A stretch of DNA of 64,000 nt, taken from assembly GCA_016748015.1 (NCBI GenBank), contig JAAOMT010000723.1, positions 124,001-188,000 on the forward strand. Direction: 5' to 3'. The notes beneath the pieces were generated by a model, which was not told the origin of the DNA, made no database searches, and saw nothing but the letters and a program-made list of their open reading frames with translations. Made by a program: the position numbers and the translations under genes. Below, piece by piece: positions 13,633-27,000 of this stretch. The DNA comes from Geosiphon pyriformis uo1. Taxonomy: Eukaryota > Fungi > Glomeromycota. Position 1 is the stretch's first letter. Every line of letters starts with the position of its first letter.

Positions 13633-16600
13633 TTTATCTTATTTATCTTATTAATCGTGCGAAATCTTGTTTTTTGAAATAAAGAGTGATAAAATTGTGT
13701 GTTAGGGTAAGGGTTCGTTCAATATGTGAGTATGCGGGATATGTTTGTGTTGTGTAAGCTGCTATTTCAATTCCGCTGTTTTGCGTTTGATACCCAATTT
13801 GGCATCGGTTTTTCACTGGTGTCACATATCTGATTTTATTTGTGCAGAGCATCCAATCATAAAAAATAATCAAGGTAGATCGATGACGGGCTTTTACATC
13901 AAGCTATATAAAATGGTTTCTCAAAAATTTAAATATTTTAAAATTTTTTTGTATCTAATGTCACACAAAGATTTGGATCTATTTAAGAATTAGAAAAAGA
14001 TATTTTAAATTGTTCATACCAAAAAATAATAGTTTAAAAAGTTCAAATCAATAGTAAACACTTGAATTTTGGTTTTTATCTTTGTAAAATTATTTAAAAG
14101 AAGTGTTTGTTGATCATTTTTGTATTACTTTGTCATTCTTGATATAATGAATATTAAATAAATTCTTTATATTGTTATGAATCAGAGTAACATAATAACA
14201 GATAGCAAAAAATAAGATAATAAAAACTAATATAAATCTGACAAAAAAAATTTAACAAAAATGGCAAATTGAATGTGTATGTAATTTAATTAATATAATC
14301 AATCTAAAAATTACAGTTACTAATTTTTTTGAAAATATTGAAAAATAGTTTCATAATTGTTAATAACAAATAATATAACTATTATAATTATATGTTTTAA
14401 TTAACATTCTTTGAATTTATTAATAAATATCAATAATTTTTATTAGCCATTTATTTAATGAATTACAAAAACAAATTTTTTACTACATATTTTTATCATT
14501 TAAAGTATTTTATTATTGTAAATTAATTTATTGTTTTTATATTTTAATAAAATATATTTAAACTTAAATAGTATTATTATTTATCAAAAAAAAAATTTTT
14601 GTGCAAAAATCGGTTTAATAATATTATATATTTACAAAAATTTTTTTTAACAATATAATTAAATAAAAAATTAATATTACTAATTGTAAAAACAATGAAA
14701 TATAATATTAATTTTATTTTATTTTTTTAAATAACTTTAAATTTTAATTTTAAATTTTTATATTTGATTGATTTAATTTAAATGCTATTTAAATACATTT
14801 AACATTAAAATATATCTATTACAATAACAAAATATTTTGATTTATATTAATTTTTAATTGTAAAAACTTTCTTGGCTATTTATTAAAAAAAAAATTTTTT
14901 TTTTTATAATATTTATTAATGTTTGCAAACTAATTTTCAAAATTTTTATTTTTTGTATATTTCTTTTTCACTTATCATTTCCCAAAAAATCATAAAAAAA
15001 TTTCAAGTTTTAATTATAAAATTTTTTGGTTATTAAAAGATTGATTGTAAGTTAATAAAATATTTTAAATATTTAATTTTGTGTTTCGTTTTGATAGCAA
15101 AAAAATAAATATATTTTTTCAATAATTTAAATTTTGGTTTTTCAGATTTTATTAGTAATGCTTTTTTCTCTTGTTATTTATTTATTTTTGTAATGTTATT
15201 ATTTTTTTCTGTTTAAATATATATATTTTTGTTTTTCTTTAATAGATTTTATAAGCTTTTATAAAACAGTATTGTTGTTAAAAAAAAGTGTTTTATATTT
15301 TTTTAAAATTTGCAAATTATTGTTTAAATAGTAAAAACCAAACATTAATAAATATTATTACAAATTTATGTTTTAATATAAACACAATAAATAATTTTTA
15401 ATAATAAAATATTAAAATATTAAAAAAAATCATTTTAATAATTTTGCTGATTACTAAAAATTTCGTTAAAATTTTTATATGGTTTAAATTAACAATGTAG
15501 TAAAGGCTACTCTAAAAGTAGGTGTGACTCATGCTTTTTCATTTTTATTTAATATATATATATATATATATATCTATCTATCTATATATCTTATTAAAAT
15601 AATTTATCTTTTAAATCTTATATTTGAATATTAAGTTTTTATAATTGATATAAAAAATATTTAATTACATTTACACATTATTATTTTGAATAATAATATG
15701 CAAAAAAAATAGTTATCTATATATTTTAGATTTTTTTTATTTATAAATAAATAAAAATTGATTTCATTTCTATCAATTGAAAGTTATATTATTTAATAAA
15801 TAAAAATTAAAAATAATTTTTTTTTGCTTCCTAATTTCTATCATATAATAAAAATACATTTAATAACTAAAACAATAAGCACAATTAATTTCGAATTAAT
15901 GGGAAGTTATTGTGTGTTAAATAAAGCAAAATAAAATTCTCCAAGGACAAAACTTTGATTTTAACAAAAGAAAGAATTTAATGTAGTTCATGTTTTTTTA
16001 TTTTCACTTTTATATATTTTAAAGAAATATTATTGTATTACTTACTTACTTACTTACTTACTTAACATGATATAAACTTGAAGCTTTCTTATTGAAATGA
16101 CGAAATTTTTCATTTGATAAACATTTTTTGTTCTTTATTTGATATTCAAATTAAAATATTCTTTATATTTGATACTTTAAGTTTATTATAGTTGAAATTT
16201 TTATTATTTTTTTAATTTATCCTTTTATAACTTATTTATAATATTTTATATGACAATATCTAATTTCATGAATAATAATTAATAATTTTGAGAATAAAAA
16301 TTAAAACATTAATAATTTTTTAATCGTTGTTTTTTATTGGGTTTTTTTTTGGAATTTAAAATAATTTTGACTTTTTTAATAAAAAAAAACTATAAAAGTT
16401 TATTATTTGAATTTTCTGTTAAAATTAATTTTATAATAGACAAAAAAACTCCATTTTAATAAATATTTATATTTTACATTTAAAACAGTTTTTAATTCTT
16501 AAAAGTGACTTTTAAAATTTCATATTATAATTTACAAATATTTCTTTCTATCTATCTTTGACCAAATTTGAAACTAAAATAAAATAAAATAAAATAAAAT

Positions 16601-16770
16601 AAAATAAAAACCATTTTATTAAAAAGTTTTTTATTAATATATATAACTATTTGCTTAATATAACTTTTTCTGATTTTAATGTTTAGTTAAATAAATTAAA
16701 AATAATTATTTTAATAAAAAAATATATCTATTATTAATGTATAAACTTCAAAAATATTTAATTTAAAGAT

Positions 16771-16909
16771 AAGAATACATTAATTTTTAAGCATACAGTA
16801 ATTTTTAATCATACAGTAATTTTTAAGCATACATTAATTTTTAAGCATACAGTAATTTTTAAGCATACAGTAATTTTTAAGCATACAGTAATTTTAAAGT
16901 ATACAGTAA
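16771..16909 (+). repeat. Minisatellite, 18-bp unit AAGCATACAGTAATTTTT, about 7.7 copies
   Basis: Head-to-tail units start at 16771, 16789, 16807, 16825, 16843, 16861, 16879 and 16897 with 0-2 mismatches and no spacers. Confidence 0.95.
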
Positions 16910-17397
16910 AGTAATAGGTTATTTAATAAACAATAGGGTTCTTACAATTATATATTTTAAAGGGAATATCAGTAGTAAGATATTTTTTTATGCTTAAAAA
17001 TCGTTTTGTTTTTGCTGTTCTACAAATAAGTTCAAACCACTCGTTTAGGCAAAAAGACAATAAGAAAATGAGACAATAATTTATACTTTATTATATAAAC
17101 AACTTTTGAAGGCAAAGAAACCACGGAAAAAACCAATAATGAGATGGTACTCTAATTTGTTAACAGCAATTACTTGCTATATATATTTTTTTACGTTCGC
17201 TGATTGTGGTGAATAAAAGTGTAAATTGTAAAGTTTGGGTTTTAAGTCTTTAAGCCTACCCTGAGTTATTTTTCTGCACAAAGCATAAGAGCTATCAATC
17301 ATTATTTAAAATTTGCTTTCATTGTTACTACAATTATTAAGAGAGGAGACTTAATGCAGTAATTATCCTTGAATCAAAATCTTTGAAACTAACTCTA

Positions 17398-20221
17398 TTA
17401 ATCCCGTGCGAATACGCGAACATTATAAGTTCCAGTCTTCAATACAGGTGTAACATATTGCAAAATATCTAAATTCTGCCCTGATATTTCTTCAAATTGA
17501 TAGCGATGGACGAAAATAGCCAATGCTATACGAATTTGTTGCATCGCGTAACTTGGAAAGGTAGGTAAAGTTAAAATGAAAGTTAAATAATTTTCCTCCA
17601 AATATTTTCTCGTAGGGAAAGTGGGTGAGTAAAAATGAATTTGTCATTTCAAGTTAAAATAACATACTTTATTCCGAAACACATTCGTGAGCCTAAAAAA
17701 ACATTGATTTTAACTTGTAAGTTATCCATGAATGAAGAAAATCTATAAAACATAGTTTCTCCGAATCATCACATAGTTGAAGTCATACCTGCACCAAAGG
17801 GATAAAAAACATCCGTTGGCAGTTTTTCGGGATTTAACCAACGTTCTGGCTTAAATTTTGCAACATCATCACCCCAATATTCAGCCGAGGTGTGCAATTG
17901 ATAAATACTCAGGTTGAGAATAGTCTTCGAAAATGTTTTATGTATATGATAATTAGTTTTCGAATGAAAGTTAGGGAAACCTCGAATTTCTTACCCCTTT
18001 TGGAATTAGATATCCATTTACTAGCCAATCTTCTGTAACACTCCTCATGCTTACTAAGAGAATAATATGACAAAATTAAACGATGCTTCACAAAATTATG
18101 TGATCTTTGAAGTTGTAAAAGGCTTACATGTGTCTAAAATGAGAAAAAATATATATATTTGATAAGCTGTAATATTATTCATGAGAAAAATCCTATTATT
18201 AGAATAAAATTGTAAAAATACCTAATCCAGCAGGATAGAGACGAAAAGTTTCATTTAAAACGGCATTCAAAAAAGGTAACCGCTTGAGTTTTTCATGCTG
18301 TGGCAAATCAGTGGAGTTTGGTGACCCTAATTCTGACACGAGTTCCTGATGAAGTTTCTCGAGTTGGTCTGGATTTTGAATTAATGAGATCATAGCCATA
18401 GAGAGTGTATGACTATTAGTATCACTGCCGGCAATTCTAAGGTATAAATATATGAGCGCTTTGATAAGAATATGTGGAAAATTTTTTGCATGTACAACCA
18501 ATAAAACTCACAAGAACTCTAGGCTTTGGTCAATAATTTCATCATCTTCAAGATCAGAATCAAGCAACTTTTGCAAAAGATCCATATGAGATTCTGACTT
18601 TTGTTGCCTGCGCTTTTGCATTATATTTTCTGTAAACTAAAGTTCAAATTTAAAAGAGCAATTTAGGAACATGAATATTTTTTAAAAGAATTTAGTTTTA
18701 GTTTTACCTCCAGGAAATAAGGATCTTCTCGTACAAAAATTTTCAATAAGGGAAATAAAGCACCCTAGAAGATTTAAATTTAAAATAATTTTTAAATAAA
18801 TGCTCTTAGAAATAGTGTATATTAAAATCGAAATAGCCTACCAAAAGTCCCCAGGTCAAATTATGACGAATAGCAGTTTGTAGTCTATTATCACCATTTT
18901 GAACTATTTTGAATGAACCACCGAATGATGTTTCTCCGATAACATCCTAAGGATCAAAGTAGTGAGTCAAACGAACCATGGGGAACCTCACTTAATTAGA
19001 AATCAGAATCTAACAAACCAGTGTCCAATTCTTATTCAATTTGTATAAATCCAAAACAAATCCCTCTTTGGGAGGTGAATTCTTTATTCCAGTATCAATG
19101 AAAGTGACGACATCTTGAAAACATTTGTGCATCAGTGGTTCGATTGAACTGATGAATTTGATCGAGAAGGCTGGTGAAAGAGTACGTCTCTACAATGTGA
19201 TTTTTGAAAAGTAAAAAATTTTCCTTGAGAAAATATTCTCCGAATAAATGTTTTTAAAAATGATATTTCAGAAAGGAAAAATTGACTCACTCGTTTCTTG
19301 ACAAAGTTTTTATCTCTGTAATCAAATAAAAAATTAGTTTACTCAAATTTCAAAAAATCTTGATTAATTTTTACTTACGAACTGGTAAACATCGTTTCAG
19401 TTAATCTTCGAATAAGCTTATAATTCTCATGTTTGGGAAAATCCTAAAAATTTTAAAAATAAAATGATTAAAGAACGAATATATTAAAAAAAGACGTGAA
19501 ATCAAGTGTATTATTTCTAATGAACCTTTACTAATAAAGCCTAGAATAAAGCAAAATGGAAACGTAAAACAGTTATTAAACTGGATGAAAAACTGCGAGG
19601 AAGTGAGCAAAATAAAATTTACCTCTTTGATAGCATCTTTATCGGCAATGGCAACCTGATTCGTTGCTTTTGGATGGGTTCAATAAAATTTAATTTAAAA
19701 GGATTCATTAATTAATTAATTCATTCATTTATTCATTAATTCATTAATTCATTAATTAATAAACCCATTTTTGAAATTACCAAAACGCACAATCTTTCCA
19801 TATTTTGGATGAATTTCATGGTTTAAAGCTTTCCACCTGTCAAAGTTATATTTGATGAAATCAAAATTATTTTTTTTATCACAATTAAAAAACATAAATT
19901 TTTTGCATTACTTGTTTCCAGCGAATGATCTACGATGGATGAAAAGATCAGTAAATGTGTAAAGTCTAGGACCAGGAATTTTACCAAATGGACTGAGATA
20001 AGATATGTATAAGATCTTTAGGAATCAAGAGAGATTTTTGTTAAAAAAAAAAAACTGTAATATATTGACGAAAGAGGAACTTTTAAAATAAAAGGAAAAA
20101 TAGGCAAAGGAGTTACATCATAGAGGCAATTAAATAAAATTCCGCTCAGCAATAACAAGGAAATTGTCCAAAAATCGTTAAGACCAAAAGCTATTTGAAA
20201 ATTATTTAGGGATTCTGTCAT
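17398..20221 (-). CDS. Cytochrome P450 (ER-anchored), 16 exons including three micro-exons
   Basis: Spliced reconstruction gives an N-terminal TM segment, KIPGP, KYGKIVRF, RRTLSPAFS, DVIGETSFG, I-helix AGSDT, ETFR (ExxR), FKPERW and heme motif FGAGSRMCFG. All 15 introns are GT-AG and frames are consistent. Confidence 0.92.
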
Positions 20222-21040
20222 TGTTGGAAATTTTTTTAAAAAAAAATTTCTCACCGGAAAATTCGAAAGGTAAAATCTATTTAATTTAACAAATTTTGGA
20301 TTTAATTAATAATTTATTCAGATAGTGTAGTCGGAAAATCTCTTAAATTGAGATAGCGTTCATGAAATTAAATACAGGTATGGTTGAATTGATTCGAGAT
20401 AAGAAATTGGTCAGCAAAAATAGTTATTCACCAATCAGATTTGATCAACCCAAGATTTTTGGACAGAGCCTTTCATATTCGTATAAATATTTATGAAAAG
20501 TTACAATATAATTTTAGAAATAGATACATGTATTATGATTATATTTAATGCCTTGTTACATTAAAGAAAGTTTATGAGTTAATACATAAAAAATAATTTT
20601 TAATCCAAGATTTTTTCATATCAAATGTATCTCAAACTAATTTTTAGATAATAATAGTTATTTTTCAGCATAGTGTATTGGATGATGTTGATGTTGATGT
20701 TTATAACTGATCTCAAAGAAAAAAATTTTTCTCAAAAAAGCATGGATTTATTACTCAAAAAATGTTACAAATACCAATACAGAATTTAAACAGAATAAAC
20801 AAATAGCTTCTGATCTAGATACATTTAATAACAAAAAATCAAATATTTCTTTGTGATTGGGTAAAACTAATTCAATACCCAAAGCCTTTTCTAAAAAGTG
20901 AGAGATTTTTTCAATTGAAAATTTTTCAAGTCTTTTAACTATATGAACAAATTTTTAATACATGTATTTAATAAAATTCTCATAAATTAAATCACTTTCA
21001 CTATTCTCTTATATTGCTCCTAACAAGATTATCTAGATAA

Positions 21041-21071
<31 letters not shown>

Positions 21072-21083
21072 CTCTAAAAATTT

Positions 21084-21551
21084 TCAATAATTTGAGAAAA
21101 CATTTGCTTGACCAATTTTTATACCCCCATATGTAATAGTAAAATCTGAGAATAAGATATTAAGCTTTGGGGCGGACACAGGTTGTAATGTGAAATCATT
21201 TAATGTAACAGTCCAGGGGGCAGTACCACCATTTTGTATGTTCAAATTAAATTTGCCAGTCAAGTCATATCCATTAGAGAATGTGAAAGTATACTTGGAT
21301 GTATCAGGGTCATTAAAGCCTTCATTAAATTGACCAGTTACCACGATTTCTCCAGTAGTCAATTGAGTGAATGTTACGAAGCCGGTTACGGTCAGCGGTG
21401 AATCATTTTTGAATTCGGACCAAGCAACGATTAATCTCTCTCTTTTTACCAGTGGAGAAGCATTAACCAGTGGAGAGGTTGAAGGACTATTGAAGAAAAA
21501 TGAGATAATAAATAAGAAGATAGTCAAGATAGAAAGACGGGAAGAGATCAT
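21084..21551 (-). CDS. Small secreted protein (signal peptide + KR propeptide), beta-rich, unknown function
   Basis: Single-exon 155-aa ORF with hydrophobic N-terminus, VNA/SPLVKR processing pattern and no Cys. Confidence 0.8.
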   Translation of the reverse strand: MISSRLSILTIFLFIISFFFNSPSTSPLVNASPLVKRERLIVAWSEFKNDSPLTVTGFVTFTQLTTGEIVVTGQFNEGFNDPDTSKYTFTFSNGYDLTGKFNLNIQNGGTAPWTVTLNDFTLQPVSAPKLNILFSDFTITYGGIKIGQANVFSNY

Positions 21552-22581
21552 TTTAGAATTATTTTTTCTGAATTGAAATATGGGTTTAGGTTAAAAAGTT
21601 TTTCCTTTGATCAAAATGAAGTTTTAATAGTGATGAAACTGAAAGACTTTCTAAAGAAGAGAGTAGGATGGGGTGGACCTTTTTATAATTGCTCAAGATC
21701 CTTCTCAGTACAAAACTAAGCACCACCCAATTGAGCGATATAAAGAGCTACTAATATAGATGAAATGAATTTTATTTATGGCTTTGAATGTTGTAAAAGC
21801 CTTTTTTTGACAGATTATTCACCCATTTAAAATCTGTGGAATGTTTATTAAGGAATTTTTATTGAAGAATGTCATAGTACATTTTATTTTCTAAGAAATT
21901 GCGTTGATTTTCAAAGAATATTAAAAGAAGCTTGGCCTTTTCTATTTTTCCTTCCTATACTGAATTACATTGTCTATGATACTATTTTTAAAGGATGCAT
22001 CCAAAATTGTACGAATAATGAAAATTTCTAATTTCGGGACTTGCAGAATCTGTTTCCAGATTCGATTATCGAATCAATTTTCAGCTAAAATATGTTTAAC
22101 ACTATCGGGAAGAAATCGTAAAAAATTTATCTTTTGAATTCTTCAATGAGAATAGTAAATAATTTTTTTTTAATTTATCTTTTATATGAAAATAGTATAT
22201 ATATATATATATATATAAATTACTAATGTATATGACCAAATTATCCGTATTTATGATTATATTTTCCGATTTAGCTATTTTTCAAAAGAAAAAACTTTCT
22301 AATCGAGTCGTCAAAGTTCCCATAGCAAAATTTTAAAAAGGGTTTTAAATTCTTAAATGACTGAAGCATCAAGATAGTACTTGAAAAACAAAGAAAATTA
22401 GGTTCAAAATGCAATTATTACATGATCCAAAAGTTTTTTTGGTCAAATTAAAAATTATTTGTCTTATAATGTAATTTAGTTAGGTTAGAATTAAAGTTTT
22501 TTTGGGGATCTTTTAAAAACCTCGAACTTTCTCAAGTTTAGATACATTTAACTGAACTCTTTGGTTGAACCCCATTTTCTA

Positions 22582-22626
<45 letters not shown>
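22582..22626. repeat. (AAT)n microsatellite
   Basis: Read directly from the sequence. Confidence 0.9.
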
Positions 22627-22629
<3 letters not shown>

Positions 22630-24065
22630 AATTATTATTAGTTGAATAGTTCTGCCAAAATAGGTTACTTGGTTTTGTCAAAATTTCGTTTAATTTTTAA
22701 AATGAGTTGGCCAAATAAATGAAACCACTTCGCGAAATATCTTAGAAAAATTGTTGTCAATTAAATTTATAATTATAAAAATTGAAAATATTGTTTTCCC
22801 TACAAAGGTTTTCAAAACATAACTTTATTTTTTGTCAAACAATGAAAAAATACGTGTATGAATTTTGTTAAAAATAATAATTGATCAAAAAATCTATGAA
22901 GCTGTATTTTCCCACACTTTCCTTAATGCACAATTGAATCAATCTTTACCAGATGAGTTTTTTTTTTTAGAAAAATTGTCCCATTTTTATTCTGTACTGG
23001 GCCCAACTCGTTACTAGCAGAGCGAGATTCATTCAAGTTGATTCCAAATATAGATTTATAATGGGTGTGTATTCTCTCAAAAAAATCCAAAACAATTAAA
23101 AGATTTTTTGCCATGAACGTTCAACACATATCCTGATTTTTTTTGATTTTTTTTTCGTTTTGCTCTAAATCTTTGGACTTCTTGATTCATTTCAACTGAT
23201 TCTTTCAAAGATTTTATTTTTTAAACCCAAATTTTTCCAATTTTTTTTTTTTACTATCAAAAATTATTTAATATTTATTTACTAATATATAACATCATAA
23301 TACTTATTACTGAATTATAACTTATATTGTATAAAATACAATTACCGTCAAACCTTATTAAATGCACACTCGTGATCACACCAATCAAATTTTGTAATCA
23401 TATTGCGAAAATCAATGTTGTCGACAAATAAATTTTTTTTTTTTTTGCAAAGTTATATGTATATTCGAAAACCAACGAACAATACTATTAAGTTAAAATA
23501 TGATGAAAAATTATTAAATTTACATAAAGAGATAAAAAAAAACTTCAAAATGCTTCATTGAAACAAGTCAGCATTGAAAATTTTTGTAAATTTAATAAAA
23601 TTTATTAGTAATTTTTAATTTCATATATAATAATATAATTAATTGTTATTATAAAGTCACATGCAATAATATTATTGGCTATTTCTAAAAGTTGTGTGCA
23701 TTAAGAGAGGGTTGACTATAATTATAATCTATATGTTATTTATTTCTTATATTTACAATTTTTATTTTTAATAATATAATATAAATATATTACATATAAA
23801 AACAGTTAATTATTTTTTACTAAAATAACAATTATTTATTTATTTAAATTAAAAACAATTGTACATATTTGAATCTAAATTTTAAATATGTTATTTAAAT
23901 CTATATTTTTAATATTTAAAAAATAATAATAATAAATTAAATATTGTTTATAAAGTATTTTTTTCTTAATTGATTTATTAAGTGTAATTCAATCATTATT
24001 TGTCTGTTTTTTCAATTTATAAAACTTAAATGGCCCAATTTCAAACCACATCTATGTACTTATTC

Positions 24066-27000
24066 TTTTTTTTTTTTTTTTAGTGTTTTTAACGAGTGAA
24101 GTCCAACTGCTATCTAGTACATAGAGCCAAACTAAGTGACCCAAACTAAATGCAATTTACACACTTACTATATATGGCTAGCCATTCAGACCAGTCAAGG
24201 CAATACTACGCACCTATAATGACACTAACAACACCACCTAGACCAGAAAAAAAACAGCATAGCAAACAATGACCAAAGCTAATAGCAAATGAATTGACCA
24301 CACCAAGCATTCTAACCACTCCATCCAACAATATAGAAGAAACATCACGAAACAGACCAAAAACAACTCCACCATCAGCAAACCAAACCAGTCTTCTCCA
24401 TCCACACCCTGTGCTCAGACCTCACCAACCACACTCTCACATGATGTAAATTAGCTACAAATCTAACAAAATTGACAACCTCATCAATAGCCTGCTTTTT
24501 ATTATCAAATACACCCTGAGCCTCTTCACACTATTCATTCAGCACAAAGCCTTTGCACACAATAGAATACAAACCAACATCTAAAGAACAGACAGACAAC
24601 GTCTGCAAAACAGCTGAAGATGATGAGTCACAAAGACCTGCCACCAAAATCCAATGAGCAGAAGTCTCAACCAGAACCTCATCATAAATAATAACATCCC
24701 AAGAGCATGTAAAGGCATGGTCAAAAAATTTCACTTCATCACACAGCAGGCACAATACACCAGAATAACCCTTATCATACAGTCTTTTCCGAACAGCTAC
24801 TGGAAGATGCCTGTGTACAGCCTTCATCAAATATGAGTGCAAATTCAAAGTTTTTCAACCAGTGAATTCAGCAAGCATATGAGAGTCCAGATGCCAAACT
24901 TTCACAGTAGAAATCCAGTCTACACACCCAATCAAGTCAACAGATATCACATTCACACCAGGCCCAGCCTTCCAGTAAACATGATTAATAGATTGAAAAA
25001 TGTCTCTTACAAAGTAGCAGGCATTGCCAGAGATTGTCGTGTTATCAGCCACCAAATAATGTTCATGAACCTCTGCCAACAAAGAGAAGGGAGATCAAGC
25101 AGCTTCCCCAGCTGCCAAATCAGCCTTGACATTACCTGAAATGCCAGAATGGCTCTTAACCTTAATTCAAACCACCTCAAAATCTTTTTTCTTAACCAAA
25201 TTGAAAATATGGCATTTTTCCAACCAGCACCAATTACAAAAATCAGGCATGGCACAAGACAATTCTGACAAGCAGGCATCAATAGCAGCTTGACTATCAA
25301 TATGCAAAATCACTTGACAAGAGAAAAGTATATATTCAAGAGCCAATGCAACAGTCTGCAACTCAGTCAGAGTAGAGGATAATAGACCACCAACCACAAC
25401 ACCAATACTCTTATCCAAAACTAGAAAATATGCAGTAGCACCACAAGCAACATCAATCATGCTAACATATCTCAAAGATTCATTAGTATACATCTCAAAG
25501 CAACTAGACCAAATATTATGTAACCCATCTTTCACCAGAGAAAACACATCAGAATTTAAAATTTTTATATCAACAAACTGAGCAAAACCAGCAGAACTGG
25601 AAGCAGAAAAGCCCTGAACCAACATAAACTTGGACACGACCAAGAACCAGCATGACATGAGACTCCATGGGTCCAACCTCTTCCAACAATGAAAGGTCTT
25701 CTAATCTAGCACATGGTTTCTCTTATCCAAAAGCCAATCACCAAAAGCAACCTCAAAACACTTCAGAGAGCAAACAAAATTAAAATACTCAGAACTACCA
25801 AGAATTAATAAAAGTGGAAAATGACCTGGACTGCAAAAGGCATTGAGAAAGTTGTTAGCCAAAGAAAGCTCATTACACAAAAAAATCTTCACAATCCCAG
25901 CCAAAAAGTTGTTGGCTGGACTAATATATAGCTTGACAGAAAACTGCAAAGGATTCAGAGGAGTCCAACCAAGAACCTGCAAGTCTAAAAACCTATGATT
26001 GAACAAATGCTTAAGGACTCCAGAGGCATTAGAAAAGGTCACCAAAGCAGCAATCTTCCCTTCAGATTGTACTTGTTCAAAAGTTTTCAAGCCATACAAA
26101 GAAGGGTGATGTAAGGCAGCATCTGGAAAATCATGAAGCAAACCAGCCTTAGACTTAAGACCCTTCCTAATCATGACATTCCATTTGTGATAAACACCAG
26201 ACAAAACAAAACTAAATTAAGTCTGATAACTAACAATAGGCTGCAAGACAGCCAAGACCAAATACGAGAACTGTTTATCTGTAATAGCCTTCTTGAGCAC
26301 GACATTAACAAAAAAACAAACAACAGAATGAGCTTTGGACACACTAGGTTTAGACAAACCCTTAGTAGACAAGAAGATACTCAGATAACGATGAGTTTCG
26401 CCTTTTTTAGCAATTGAGATTGGCTGACCACAAATACTCAGAGAGGCAATCCTAACATCCTGGTTAATGGGAATAACCACTGTTTTATTATTATTAATAG
26501 AAATATCATGGATTTCGAAGAACTTACTGGCAATGTTCAGAGTGTATTGAGTAGAGGTCTGACAATTTCTAATCCAAATTGTATCATTAATAAACACACC
26601 AACAGCCAAGTAAGACATCATCCCACCCATATCCTCAACTCTGTCCGTCTTTGCAACAAACTTAGAATCAACACGGTATCCACACAAATGCTCATGTCTT
26701 TTCACTTCACATAAGAGTGGATCATAGAAAATCCTTCATAAGAGAGGCGAAAAAACTTCACCCTGGTCCAATCCATCATGTACACTATAGCCATCTGACA
26801 AGCCGAAATCAGTCATCACCCTGTTAACCCTATCCTTGTGAATGTTTCCAAAAAATCCAATAAACCTCTCACACATTTTAATGTGCTGCAAACTAGCTTT
26901 CAAGTGAGGCCAACCAACAGAATCATATGCCTTTTGCATATCCTGCAAAACCAACCAAATTTTTCTATTTTTTTCAAGAACATCCTCCACAACTGAACCA

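Noticed and set aside
14000-16750. Specific TE identity for this AT desert (and for 61480-62740)
   Set aside because: They are probably relics, but I could not find convincing collinear anchors by eye.
16771-16909. CRISPR-like array
   Set aside because: Units are head-to-tail with no spacers, the context is eukaryotic and there are no cas genes.
24054-24065. Alternative TSD ATGTACTT(A/G)TT (24054 and 30832)
   Set aside because: The 30832 copy lies within sequence also resembling the 5' end of LINE copy 2, so it is probably part of the element. The perfect 11-mer just outside fits better.
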